Assembly (NCBI GenBank): GCA_043806835.1
Contig: JAZDGQ010000037.1
Span: forward strand, 1 to 50,384
Source: Pseudomonadota bacterium
GTDB taxonomy: Bacteria > Pseudomonadota > Alphaproteobacteria > Micavibrionales > UBA2020
Length of the DNA stretch: 50,384 nt
Reading direction: 5' to 3'
Position 1 is the first letter of the stretch. Each line of letters begins with the position of its first letter. The position numbers were made by a program, and so were the translations under genes. This document shows, one piece after another, positions 36,060-45,618 of the stretch. The notes below the pieces were generated by a model. That model worked only from the letters and a program-made list of their open reading frames with translations. It ran no database searches and had not been told where the DNA came from.

Positions 36060-37925
36060 TCAGTGCAGTAAAAACCTCGGCGCTTTCAGGGACTGCGCCT
36101 CCGGACTTATCTCCGCCCTCAATCCCCGCAAAATGTCTCCTGCTGTGATGGAAATGTCGGGCACGACGGAAACGCCCTCGGTGGCGAGATCAATGAACAT
36201 CTCCAATGTCGATTTCGCCGCAGGGAACACCTCGACGAGAACGTCCTGATCCGGTTTCAGATTGGCCTCCACCCTGGCGAATATGATGGCCTTGTCAAGG
36301 CCGCCCAGTTCATCCACCAGCCCGTTTTCCTTCGCCTGCTTTCCCGTCCAGATGCGTCCCTCCGCAACGGAAATCACTTGCTCCCGCGTCATTTTACGGC
36401 CTTCCATCACCCTGACGACGAAAGCTTCGTAGAGACCGTTCAGCATGCCCCCGATGCGCTCTTTTTCCTTGTTGGAGAAAGAGACGTTGGAAGACCACAT
36501 CCTCGCATTGTCGCCGAACTGAACCCCTTCCCAGTTGACGCCGAGCTTCTTCCACATCTGCGCCAGAACGAACTTGCCCCCGAACACGCCGATGGAGCCG
36601 GTGATGGTCGCCGGTTCCGCAACGATGACCTTTGCCGGCGTGGCGACCCAGTACCCGCCGGATGCGGCATAACCGCCCATCGAGACGATCACCGGTTTGC
36701 CTCTCTGCTGCGTCTCGATGATGGCGCGGCGAATGGACTCCGCCGCTTCCGGCGCGCCTCCCGGGCTGTCGATGCGGAAAACGACCGCAGCGACGTCTTT
36801 ATCGTTCTGCGCCTCCTCGAAGGCTGCCACGACATTGTCGGCGGCCATCCCGAATCCGCTCAATCCGGCGCGGGCCTGGCTGCTGTAGGAAACAATATCG
36901 CCGACGCCGAAAATCAGGGCGATCTTGACTTTGTCCTCATGCGCGCCGGAGGAAGCCGGCTTGCGAAAAGATTTTCCTATGAAGCCCTGCATCTTTCCGC
37001 TCTGACCGAACGTGTCCGACCAGTAGGAATACCCGGACAGATCGACCGTCCTGACGTCGCTGCTGCCTGCCGTGAGTTTGGCTTCATCCACCATCTGGTT
37101 GTAGTAGCCGATCTTGTCGACCAGGTTCAGCTTGGTCGCCTCGATGTCGCCGTAAGGGGCGTCGTCGATGATCCGACGCACCGTGTCCGCCGGTATCTTG
37201 CGGTTTTCGGCAATGCCGTACACCATCTGCATGGCGAGGTCATTGACAAGGCCGGTCATCATTTCGCGGTGAGAGGCGCTCATGCCCTCTTCCGTCAGGC
37301 TTTCCGCGGCGGATTTGTAGAGCCCCTTGCGGGCGAATTGCGCCTCCACGCCGACTTTATCCATGATCTCCCTTAAAAAAGGGACTTCCGCCGCCACGCC
37401 GTTCATGGAAACGCTGCCCACCGGCTGCAGCCATATCTGGTCGAAAGCCGCCGCCAGATAATAGCTTCCCATGCCGGAGGAAAAACCGCCGTACTCCTCG
37501 GAGAACACATAGGCGAATTTTCCCGTGGTGCGGAATCTGGTGATCGTATCGCGCAGCTCCTGGATTTGCGCCGGAGACATGTCGATGTCCTGAATCCGGG
37601 CGACGAACCCCTTCACGCGGGAGTCTTTGGCGGCCTGCGTCAGGGCATCCGTCACTTCGTGGAAAGTGGTCGCGGGACGCAGCAGCGGCTGCGTGAGGGA
37701 AGGCATCGTCACCTTCTCCATCAGTCCTGACTTGAACGTATAGGACAAAATGATTCTGTCCGGCATAGCCGCAGGAACGTACGGGGCGACTTTGTAAGAA
37801 GCCATGGAAAGAAGGACGATGACGGCGGTCGCCGCCATGCCCATTACAATGAAGAACCTTCTGAAAAAACGCACCACGCGTCTGAAAAGGGAGTCTTTTT
37901 TTTGCGGCTGCTGAATATGCACCAT
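36060..37925 (-). CDS. sppA: Signal peptide peptidase SppA (67K type)
   Basis: YKSAAE, RIDSPGG, SMGGYAASGGYW, TITGSIGV, GRIWTG, GLVDELGG; start placed at ATG 37925. Confidence 0.93.
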   Translation of the reverse strand: MVHIQQPQKKDSLFRRVVRFFRRFFIVMGMAATAVIVLLSMASYKVAPYVPAAMPDRIILSYTFKSGLMEKVTMPSLTQPLLRPATTFHEVTDALTQAAKDSRVKGFVARIQDIDMSPAQIQELRDTITRFRTTGKFAYVFSEEYGGFSSGMGSYYLAAAFDQIWLQPVGSVSMNGVAAEVPFLREIMDKVGVEAQFARKGLYKSAAESLTEEGMSASHREMMTGLVNDLAMQMVYGIAENRKIPADTVRRIIDDAPYGDIEATKLNLVDKIGYYNQMVDEAKLTAGSSDVRTVDLSGYSYWSDTFGQSGKMQGFIGKSFRKPASSGAHEDKVKIALIFGVGDIVSYSSQARAGLSGFGMAADNVVAAFEEAQNDKDVAAVVFRIDSPGGAPEAAESIRRAIIETQQRGKPVIVSMGGYAASGGYWVATPAKVIVAEPATITGSIGVFGGKFVLAQMWKKLGVNWEGVQFGDNARMWSSNVSFSNKEKERIGGMLNGLYEAFVVRVMEGRKMTREQVISVAEGRIWTGKQAKENGLVDELGGLDKAIIFARVEANLKPDQDVLVEVFPAAKSTLEMFIDLATEGVSVVPDISITAGDILRGLRAEISPEAQSLKAPRFLLH

Positions 37926-38122
37926 TCCGATATCCACTTTTTTAAAATCTCTGTCTTTCACTGCAGGCCACCGACTGAACCGCTGCAAAGCGGCCTCCGA
38001 TCTTACACCAGAGTCATGATCCGGAAATCCGGACATGCTTCCCGGAAAAGTCTAACAGAGCCTTACAGGGATTGAAAGATATGTTTCCGGTTGCATCCCG
38101 GGCCGGGATTCCGCGCCGCTGA

Positions 38123-38611
38123 TTATTTTTCAGCCCCGCAGGCAAGCTTGAGATAGAAAATGGACAATGCGGCGAGGACGGCGCCGCCGCCTTTGTCAAG
38201 ACGGCTCTTGTCGGCGCGTTCGAGAGCCTGCGCCTCGTTTCCAACGGTCAGGATTCCGTTTCCGACGGCGAGACCGAGCCTGAGGGCGACATCCATCAGA
38301 CCCCGCGCGCTTTCGTTGCAGACGATGTCGTAGTGGTAGGTTTCGCCGCGAATGATGCAGCCAAGCACCACGAAAGCGTCAAAAGGCTTTCCCGTCTTTC
38401 TCTGCGCCGCGAACTGCAGGGCTGAGGGGATTTCCAGAGCGCCCGGAACAGCCATGAGTTCATGCGTGGCGTTGAATTTTTCCAGAGTGCTTCTCGCGCC
38501 GTCCACGAGAAGATCATTGACGCGGGTGTAAAAACGCGCCTCCAGAAGCAGGACATGCGGCGGCTTTTGAAAGTGGAGAGCGGGTGTTTCGTCTTCGCGG
38601 TGAATTTGCAT
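38123..38611 (-). CDS. ribH: 6,7-dimethyl-8-ribityllumazine synthase
   Basis: VPGALEIP, LGCIIRGETYHYD, GNGILT, DKGG. Confidence 0.95.
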   Translation of the reverse strand: MQIHREDETPALHFQKPPHVLLLEARFYTRVNDLLVDGARSTLEKFNATHELMAVPGALEIPSALQFAAQRKTGKPFDAFVVLGCIIRGETYHYDIVCNESARGLMDVALRLGLAVGNGILTVGNEAQALERADKSRLDKGGGAVLAALSIFYLKLACGAEK

Positions 38612-38624
38612 CGTTATGACTCCC

Positions 38625-39269
38625 TTATTTTCCGGTGTTGCGGCGGTATGCGATCAGGTCGGCGATCGTTCCGATTTTCATGCCGTGACGGAGGGCGAAC
38701 GGGAGAAGATCCGGCAGACGCGCCATCGTGCCGTCGTCCTTCATTATTTCACAGATAACCCCCGCAGGACGCAATCCCGCGAGCCTTGCTATGTCCACGG
38801 CGGCCTCCGTATGGCCTGCCCTGACCAGCACGCCGCCGTCGCGGGCGCGCAGCGGGAAAACATGGCCGGGAACAACGATGTCCTCCGGTGTCGCGCCGTC
38901 CGCGCTTGCAACCTGCATGGTGCGCGCTCTGTCCGCCGCGGAAATGCCGGTCGTAACCCCGTCTCTGGCTTCGATGGAAACCGTGAAGGCCGTTCTCCCG
39001 TGAGCGCGGGCGCCGCCCATCAGCGGCAGGTCGAGCCTGTCGATCAGGGAAGCTTCCATGGCAAGGCAGATCAGGCCGCGCCCTTCTTTCGCCATAAGAT
39101 TGACGGCATCCGGCGTGATGAAGGCGGCGGGAAGGATCAGGTCGCCCTCGTTCTCCCTGTCTTCGTCATCGACCAGGATGAACATGTGCCCCTCCCGCGC
39201 TTCCGCGATGATGTCTTCCGTGGACGCGAGGCCGTTCTGCGGGGCATGGAAAGTCGCCGGACGGGTCAC
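38625..39269 (-). CDS. ribB: 3,4-dihydroxy-2-butanone-4-phosphate synthase (stand-alone)
   Basis: DDEDRENEGD, GVTTGISAADR, PGHVFPL, RAGHTEA. Confidence 0.95.
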   Translation of the reverse strand: MTRPATFHAPQNGLASTEDIIAEAREGHMFILVDDEDRENEGDLILPAAFITPDAVNLMAKEGRGLICLAMEASLIDRLDLPLMGGARAHGRTAFTVSIEARDGVTTGISAADRARTMQVASADGATPEDIVVPGHVFPLRARDGGVLVRAGHTEAAVDIARLAGLRPAGVICEIMKDDGTMARLPDLLPFALRHGMKIGTIADLIAYRRNTGK

Positions 39270-39853
39270 TTGCCTAAAATCCTTGCGACGTAACGCGCCA
39301 GAAGGTCGATCTCCATGTTCATGGAGTCGCCCACCCGCGCCTGTCCGAAGGTCGTCACCTCCCAGGTGTGGGGGATGATATTGATTCCGAACATGTTCCC
39401 CTCGACTTCGTTGACCGTCAGGGACACGCCGTCGAGGGCGACGGAGCCTTTCGGCGCGATGAACTTCTGAAAATCGGGAGGCACGCGCAGTTTGATGCGA
39501 TGCGACCCGCCTTCGGGAACGATGCTTTCGATGACAGCCAGTCCGTCGATATGGCCGGAAACAATGTGGCCGCCCAGTTCATCGCCCATCTTCAGGGATT
39601 GCTCCAGATTGACGCGCGCTCCGACGTCCCATGTCCCGAGGTTCGTTTTCGAGAGGGTCTCGCGGGAGGCATCGATGGAAAAACTGCCACCCTTTTTTTC
39701 GACGACCGTCAGGCAGCAGCCCGAGCAGGCGATGGACGCCCCCGTCGAAAATGCGGACATGTCCCACGGCGTGGAAATCGAATAGCGCACGTCCGGCCTG
39801 CCGACATCCACCGTTTCGATTCTGCCTATAGCCGTGATGATTCCCGTGAACAT
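39266..39853 (-). CDS. ribE: Riboflavin synthase alpha chain
   Basis: MFTGI, GCCLTV, GGHIVSGHID, DGVSLTVN. Confidence 0.95.
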   Translation of the reverse strand: MFTGIITAIGRIETVDVGRPDVRYSISTPWDMSAFSTGASIACSGCCLTVVEKKGGSFSIDASRETLSKTNLGTWDVGARVNLEQSLKMGDELGGHIVSGHIDGLAVIESIVPEGGSHRIKLRVPPDFQKFIAPKGSVALDGVSLTVNEVEGNMFGINIIPHTWEVTTFGQARVGDSMNMEIDLLARYVARILGK

Positions 39854-39913
39854 GCTGGCTCCGTTAACTGCGGGGAGTATATATTAACAATGGCGGATTT
39901 CAACACTTAGGTA

Positions 39914-40858
39914 TCAGGATACGGAAAAACCTCCCGGAGGCAGTTTTGCCCGCAGTTCCCTTCCGGCGTGTGTGCCGAGCTGACGGGCTTCCTGCAGGGT
40001 CGATACCTGCGTCAGGTAAGAGGCTTTTTTGACGTCGCTGCCGTCCGGGCGCGCCGCCAGAACGTCAAACCGCGTGCGGTTCTGCGAATCGGGCACGCCC
40101 ATCAAAGCCGCAAGCGGCGTCTTGCAGGAGCCGTCCATCACGTCGAGGAAGGCCCGTTCCGCCGTCACGCGGTTTTCTGTCTCCGGGCAATGCACCGCTG
40201 ACAATAGCATCCTGACGCGCCCGTCGTCCGTCCGCACCTCGATGCCGACCGCCCCCTGCGCCACAGCCGGCAGCATGACCTCCGGCTCCAGAATTGTTTT
40301 GACCAGATGCCCAAGCCCCAGCCTGTTCAGCCCCGCCACCGCGAGGAGCGTCGCATCCGCAACGCCGTCTTCCAGTTTTTTCAGCCGCGTACCGATATTG
40401 CCGCGAAAAACGACCATTTTTAAATCAGGCCGCCGAGCCAGAAGGATCGCCCGGCGGCGCAGGCTGGACGTCCCCACGACCGCGCCCGGCGGCAGATCGT
40501 CCGGCGTCACGGCCTTCGGCGAAAAAAACGCGTCGCGCGGGTCTTCCCGTGGCAAAAGACAGGGAATGACCAGCCCTTCCGGCAGCTGCGTCGGCATATC
40601 CTTCATCGAATGAACGGCGCAATCAATCGTTCCCGCCAGCAGTGCCTCCTCGATTTCCTTGGTAAACAGTCCCTTGCCGCCCGCCTCCGACAGCGCGCGA
40701 TCCTGAATTTTATCGCCTGTCGTGACGATCTTCACGATCTCTATCGCGCCGTCCTCCTGCAAGCCCGGATGCTTCCCGCGCAAAAACGCGACCAGAAGCT
40801 CCGTCTGCGCCAACGCCAAAGGACTTCCGCGCGTGCCGATTCTAAGAACTGCTTTCAT
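39914..40858 (-). CDS. hemC: Hydroxymethylbilane synthase
   Basis: IGTRGSPLAL, GKGLFTKE, HSMKD, GTSSLRR, RGN..TRL. Confidence 0.96.
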   Translation of the reverse strand: MKAVLRIGTRGSPLALAQTELLVAFLRGKHPGLQEDGAIEIVKIVTTGDKIQDRALSEAGGKGLFTKEIEEALLAGTIDCAVHSMKDMPTQLPEGLVIPCLLPREDPRDAFFSPKAVTPDDLPPGAVVGTSSLRRRAILLARRPDLKMVVFRGNIGTRLKKLEDGVADATLLAVAGLNRLGLGHLVKTILEPEVMLPAVAQGAVGIEVRTDDGRVRMLLSAVHCPETENRVTAERAFLDVMDGSCKTPLAALMGVPDSQNRTRFDVLAARPDGSDVKKASYLTQVSTLQEARQLGTHAGRELRAKLPPGGFSVS

Positions 40859-40953
40859 AGGATAAAGTTGTATCTTTTTTTACTAAGGAATGCAAAAGCG
40901 CACCAAGGATGGAGCCATAATGTCATAGAGCTGTCCTCCGGCAAATTGCAGAA

Positions 40954-41874
40954 TCAAAGACCCAGACACCCCGTAAAACCGTCTGCAAGACCGCGCATCA
41001 GCGCGAAGTACAGATTCTGGTCTTCCGGAATGCCGGAGCCCTGTTCGTCCAGAACGCCTGTTTTCGTGTGCGTCCCCTCGACGACGGTACGCACAAGGCG
41101 GGCGTCGAATTGCGGCTCGCCGAAAACGCAACGGACATCCAGTATTCTGATTTTTTCGCGGATATTCCCGATCTGTCTTGCGCTTGGTTCCTGCTCCGGC
41201 TCCAGCGTGACAGATCCCACGGCGGTCAGGCCGTAGGCCATCCCGAAGTACTGGAAAGCGTCGTGGAATACGATATAAGGCTTGTTTCTGACAGGGATTA
41301 ACTGCGTTCGCAGATCTTCGTCCAGCGCGGACAGTTTGCCGATAAGAGCGAAGGCATTTTTCTCGTAAACGTACTTGTGATCGGGATAAACTTTTCCCAG
41401 TTCCGCCGCGATTTCCCTGACCATGGCTTGAGCGTTCGCGATATCCAGCCATATATGCGGGTCTTGTCCTTCTTCATGACTTTCATGACCCTCCCATACC
41501 CCTCCGGCACGAGACTTGAGAGTGACGACCCCCTTTGCTTCGATCAGCGCGACCTTCCGCACATCGTCCGGCAAGGTTTTCAAAGGACGTTCCAGAAACG
41601 TCTCAAAGCCGGGGCTTATATAAAAGACGATGCGGGCGTGCTGGAGGGTTCCCATCTGGGAAGGCTTGAGCTGATATCCGTGCGGAGATTGCATCCCCCC
41701 CACCAGAAGAACAGGCGTGCCCGTATCCCCCATGACCGCCGCCACCAGCGAATGCAGCGGCTTGATGGATGCGACGACAAGGCTTTCTGCCGCCAAGGCA
41801 GGCGCGGAGAGAAGGGCAAAAGCCAAGCATAGAAACGAAACAATATAGTTGCTCCTGAGCTTGTTGAGAGACAC
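40954..41874 (-). CDS. znuA: Zinc ABC transporter substrate-binding protein
   Basis: VVASIKPLHSLV, SPHGYQLKPS, DPHIWLD, VFHDAFQYF, CVFGEPQF; signal peptide ALA|AES. Start uncertain; GTG 41874 chosen. Confidence 0.9.
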   Translation of the reverse strand: MSLNKLRSNYIVSFLCLAFALLSAPALAAESLVVASIKPLHSLVAAVMGDTGTPVLLVGGMQSPHGYQLKPSQMGTLQHARIVFYISPGFETFLERPLKTLPDDVRKVALIEAKGVVTLKSRAGGVWEGHESHEEGQDPHIWLDIANAQAMVREIAAELGKVYPDHKYVYEKNAFALIGKLSALDEDLRTQLIPVRNKPYIVFHDAFQYFGMAYGLTAVGSVTLEPEQEPSARQIGNIREKIRILDVRCVFGEPQFDARLVRTVVEGTHTKTGVLDEQGSGIPEDQNLYFALMRGLADGFTGCLGL

Positions 41875-41940
41875 CCTCACCCTCCCGCTTCGCGGGTACC
41901 TCCCTCTCCCGCAGTGCGGGAGAGGGTTGGGGTAAGGGTG
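41872..41940. repeat. REP-like palindromic element
   Basis: Outer imperfect IR CACCCTCACCCT / GGGGTAAGGGTG enclosing the hairpins CCCGC-TTC-GCGGG and CCCTCTCCCGCA-G-TGCGGGAGAGGG; resembles widespread proteobacterial palindromic repeats. Confidence 0.75.
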
Positions 41941-42004
41941 CTCTTCCCGCCAAAACCTGTCGGTATTTTTTGGAATAACTCCATATTTCACGGTTGAAAA
42001 TATC

Positions 42005-42021
42005 ATGCTATATTGTAGCAT
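42005..42021. promoter_or_regulatory. Zur-box-like palindrome
   Basis: ATGCTATA-T-TGTAGCAT resembles the proteobacterial Zur consensus ATGTTATA-N-TATAACAT; lies upstream of znuA. Confidence 0.65.
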
Positions 42022-42174
42022 CCGCAGTTCGAGAATGTAATCCTGTGGATAGATTTTTGAGGAGCTGGTCAATCCTTGTATCATAAGGCCTTAAAAAGCC
42101 TATTTTTTGGTAACATTTTTTACTGACTGTGTATATTATTAACTTATGTTCTTATCTTTGTTCTAGAGGGAATA

Positions 42175-42960
42175 ATGGCTCAAAGTTCAACAATCGAATG
42201 GACGAATGCAACGTGGAATCCTGTCACGGGATGCACAAAGATAAGTGCCGGGTGTGATTTCTGCTATGCAGAACGCTTTTCCGAACGCTTTAGAGGAGTA
42301 AAAGGGCATCCCTTTGATAAGGGATTTGACCTCAGCTTAAGACCGGAGCGTCTTGAGCAACCGCTATCGTGGAAAAAACCGAAAATGATTTTTGTTAATT
42401 CCATGAGTGACCTTTTTCACAAGGATGTTCCCAAAGAATATATTGAACGTGTTTTTGAGACGATGGAAAAGGCTGATTGGCATATATTTCAGGTTCTCAC
42501 AAAACGCAGTTCCTTAATGAAAAAGTTTGTTAATCAGAGATACAAAGATAAAAAAGTTCCAGAGCATATTTGGCTAGGTGTTTCCATCGAGGATGGGACA
42601 AAGCTGTCTCGAGTAAAACATCTTCAGGAGATCAATGCTAGCGTCCGCTTTCTCTCAGTAGAGCCTTTGATAGGCGCTCCCGAAAAGTTGAATTTGGAAA
42701 AAATTAAATGGGTAATTGTTGGCGGGGAAAGCGGGCCTTTTGCACGTCCGATGCAGCTTGAATGGGCGCGTTCTGTCAGAGACCAATGTATAAATCAGAA
42801 AGTGCCTTTTTTCTTTAAGCAATGGGGTGGTTTTAGACCGAAAGCCGGTGGACGCTCTTTAGACAGCAAAGAGTGGAGTCAGTTTCCAAAGCTTTCAAAA
42901 AAACTTTCTGACCCCAATGATTTATTTCAGAATGCCGCAAAGCGGGTCGGTGGCAGATAA
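42175..42960 (+). CDS. DUF5131 / phage Gp37-Gp68 family radical-SAM-like protein
   Basis: IEWTNATWNPVTGCTKISAGCDFCYA (Cx6Cx2C), FVNSMSDLFH, QVLTKR, FLSVEPL, WVIVGGESG, FFFKQWG; AT-rich. Confidence 0.92.
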   Translation: MAQSSTIEWTNATWNPVTGCTKISAGCDFCYAERFSERFRGVKGHPFDKGFDLSLRPERLEQPLSWKKPKMIFVNSMSDLFHKDVPKEYIERVFETMEKADWHIFQVLTKRSSLMKKFVNQRYKDKKVPEHIWLGVSIEDGTKLSRVKHLQEINASVRFLSVEPLIGAPEKLNLEKIKWVIVGGESGPFARPMQLEWARSVRDQCINQKVPFFFKQWGGFRPKAGGRSLDSKEWSQFPKLSKKLSDPNDLFQNAAKRVGGR

Positions 42961-44079
42961 ATGGTTAAAAAAGAAACTTTGTGGCCATGTAAGCCACGCA
43001 CCAAATCAAAATTAAAAATTGTTTCAAATTATTTAGGGGCTTGGTTTGGCATCCTTGCCAAAAATGGCTTTAAACATGTTATTTACATAGATGGGTTTTG
43101 TGGTCCCGGTGAATATACAACTCGTGAAGAGGGGTCTCCAGTAATAGCCGCAAGAATTGCAAATAGTACAGCTCAGAAATCTCCGGGATTCAAAGCCACT
43201 TTATTTTTTGTTGATAAAAACTCAAAGGTTCTCCAGCATTTAAAGTCTACAAATGCAATAAAGAACCTACATCCAAACGTAGATGTTCAGATCAAAGAAG
43301 GCGTTTTTGCACAGGAAATTGACAGCATTTTACTTTATCTTAAGAAAAATCCCAAAAGCCCAACCTTCAGCTTTATCGATCCACGTGGTTTTGGTCAAAG
43401 CCCTTTCGAAAAACTAAAGCCATTAATGCACAATGAAAGCAGTGAATTGTTCATTAATTTCATGTGCGGATTTATGAACCGTTTTAAAGAGCATAAAGAC
43501 GAAAAGGTAATTCAAAAAATTAAAGAAATGGTCGGCTCTGATGATCTAACGGCAATTATAAATGCTAACGATCCTATAGATAAACTTTGCGAAGTCTATG
43601 AAACCAAACTAAAGAGCTTGGGCGAATATACCTTTAAGGTTAGCATGCGCGATGAGGGAAACGTTAGAGATAATACCTTTTTCTTTTGTGGTCGACAATT
43701 ACTAGGTTTTCAGAAAATTAAAGAGGCCATGTGGAAGATTGACCCGGAGCATGGAAACTCATTTTCTGCACATGGTGAATTGAAAAAATCTGCCCCTCAA
43801 AAAGACTTTTTTGATGAACCAGAACCACAAACGTCAAAATTATCTTCTCTCCTTATCCAACACTATGCTGGAGAGAAAGACGTACCGATAGAAGACATCT
43901 TTCGCTGGGTTACAGAAGAGACAGCTTTTTTGCCAACACACGCCAGAATGGAATTGGAGAATTTGTGCGAAAGAGGCCAGATTACTTACAGGGATCCAAG
44001 TAATATCGGGCGTAAGCGTCGCAGGAATACCTGGGCAGATGGATGGCTTATAAGTTTTAAAGAACGCCCACCTCCGTGA
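42961..44079 (+). CDS. tcmP: Three-Cys-motif partner protein (TcmP-like, methyltransferase fold)
   Basis: T.SKL.IV..YL.AW..IL, YIDGFCGPGEY, FIDPRG, ELFINFM, KEAMW; directly follows DUF5131, its known partner. Confidence 0.85.
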   Translation: MVKKETLWPCKPRTKSKLKIVSNYLGAWFGILAKNGFKHVIYIDGFCGPGEYTTREEGSPVIAARIANSTAQKSPGFKATLFFVDKNSKVLQHLKSTNAIKNLHPNVDVQIKEGVFAQEIDSILLYLKKNPKSPTFSFIDPRGFGQSPFEKLKPLMHNESSELFINFMCGFMNRFKEHKDEKVIQKIKEMVGSDDLTAIINANDPIDKLCEVYETKLKSLGEYTFKVSMRDEGNVRDNTFFFCGRQLLGFQKIKEAMWKIDPEHGNSFSAHGELKKSAPQKDFFDEPEPQTSKLSSLLIQHYAGEKDVPIEDIFRWVTEETAFLPTHARMELENLCERGQITYRDPSNIGRKRRRNTWADGWLISFKERPPP

Positions 44080-44807
44080 CCGCCCCCCTTATCAGCGCCG
44101 ACAAACTGAGCATCGTCCGCAAGGGGAAGCGGATTCTTGAGGACATCTCTCTTACGATAAAAACAGGGGAATTCGTCACGGTTATCGGCCCGAACGGCGC
44201 GGGTAAAACAGTCCTTCTCCACGCGCTGATGGGACTGATGAAACCGGACGAAGGCTCCGTCACGCGCAGGCCCGGCCTGAAAATCGGCTACATGCCGCAA
44301 CGCTTCGCCCCGGAAACGACGATGCCCATCACGGTCGCCCGGTTTCTCGCTCTGGTGCGGGGGGCGAACAAGGAAGCCATTGACGGTGCTCTGGAGCTTG
44401 TCCATGCAACGGAGATCGCGCACCGCCCGATGTCCGTCCTGTCGGGGGGGGAGTTGCAGCGCGTGATGCTGGCGCGCGCGATGCTTCATAAGCCGGATAT
44501 CCTGATCCTCGACGAACCGGCGCAGGGTCTCGACATCGGCGGGCAGATGTCGTTCCACAAGCTGCTGGAGGACATCTACCGCGCGCGCGGCTGCGCCGTC
44601 CTCATGGTGTCGCACGACCTGCACATGGTTCTGGCCTCCACCGGAAAAGTCGTCTGCCTGTTTCATCACGTCTGCTGCTCGGGAGAGCCGAGCGCCGTCG
44701 CAAAAGACCCGCAGTTCACCTCCCTGTTCGGAGAGGACATGGCGCGGATGATGGCCGTTTACCAGCACAGCCACGCGCATGAGCACGAGCACGAACATGA
44801 ACATTGA
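44076..44807 (+). CDS. znuC: Zinc ABC transporter ATP-binding protein
   Basis: GPNGAGKT, LSGGELQR, LDEPAQG, HHVCCSG and His-rich tail. Confidence 0.93.
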   Translation: MTAPLISADKLSIVRKGKRILEDISLTIKTGEFVTVIGPNGAGKTVLLHALMGLMKPDEGSVTRRPGLKIGYMPQRFAPETTMPITVARFLALVRGANKEAIDGALELVHATEIAHRPMSVLSGGELQRVMLARAMLHKPDILILDEPAQGLDIGGQMSFHKLLEDIYRARGCAVLMVSHDLHMVLASTGKVVCLFHHVCCSGEPSAVAKDPQFTSLFGEDMARMMAVYQHSHAHEHEHEHEH

Positions 44808-45600
44808 ACCCTGGCTTTTGCGCGCCCTCGCGGGGGGCATCGGCATCGCCCTCGTCGTGGGACCGCTCGGCTGCTTCGTGGTCTGGCGGCGCATGGCCTA
44901 CTTCGGGGATTCACTGGCGCACAGCGCCCTGCTCGGCGTGACGCTGGGGCTGCTGACCGGGTTCGGCATCGATCCTGCCACCATCGTCGTCTGCGGGCTG
45001 TTCGCCGTCCTGCTGGTCTGGCTGCAAAGCCTTCGCATCCTCGCTGCCGACACGCTGCTCGGCATCCTCGCGCATGCCTCGCTCTCCATCGGACTGATCG
45101 CCGCCAGTCTGCTGAAAACCGTGCGCCTGAATGTCACCGATTACCTGTTCGGGAACGTGCTTTCCGTGACGAACACCGACCTGCTGTGGATTTACGGCGG
45201 CGGCACGCTGGCTCTTTTCCTGATGGTTTTTTTATGGCGGTCGCTCATCCTGACCACGCTTCACGAGGATCTGGCGCGGGCGGAGGGAGTCAACGCCTTC
45301 GCGGTCAATCTCTGCTTCATGGCGCTGATGACCCTCGTGATCGCCGTGTCGTCCCGCATCATCGGCATCCTGCTCATCACATCGCTACTCGTCATCCCGG
45401 CGGCGACGGCCCGCCCCTTCGCCCGCTCGCCGGAAGGCATGGCCGTCCTTGCAGGAGGGCTCGGCGTTCTGTCCGTATGCGGCGGGCTGTACGGCTCCCT
45501 GCGCTTTGATTTTCCCCCCGGCCCTTCCATCATCGTGACGGCGACGACCCTCTTCGCCCTGCTGCTGCCGGGAATGCTTTTGGTGCGCGGAAGAAAGTAA
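44797..45600 (+). CDS. znuB: Zinc ABC transporter permease
   Basis: GPLGCFVVWRRMAYFGDSLAH, YLFG, LLVIPAATAR. Confidence 0.93.
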   Translation: MNIEPWLLRALAGGIGIALVVGPLGCFVVWRRMAYFGDSLAHSALLGVTLGLLTGFGIDPATIVVCGLFAVLLVWLQSLRILAADTLLGILAHASLSIGLIAASLLKTVRLNVTDYLFGNVLSVTNTDLLWIYGGGTLALFLMVFLWRSLILTTLHEDLARAEGVNAFAVNLCFMALMTLVIAVSSRIIGILLITSLLVIPAATARPFARSPEGMAVLAGGLGVLSVCGGLYGSLRFDFPPGPSIIVTATTLFALLLPGMLLVRGRK

Positions 45601-45618
45601 AACCAGGATGCCTCCAGG

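Noticed and set aside
39854-39913. FMN riboswitch upstream of the rib genes
   Set aside because: The gap is only 60 bp and lacks the conserved FMN aptamer sequences.
42043-42051. DnaA-box-like TGTGGATAG
   Set aside because: A single mismatched copy with no cluster or origin context.
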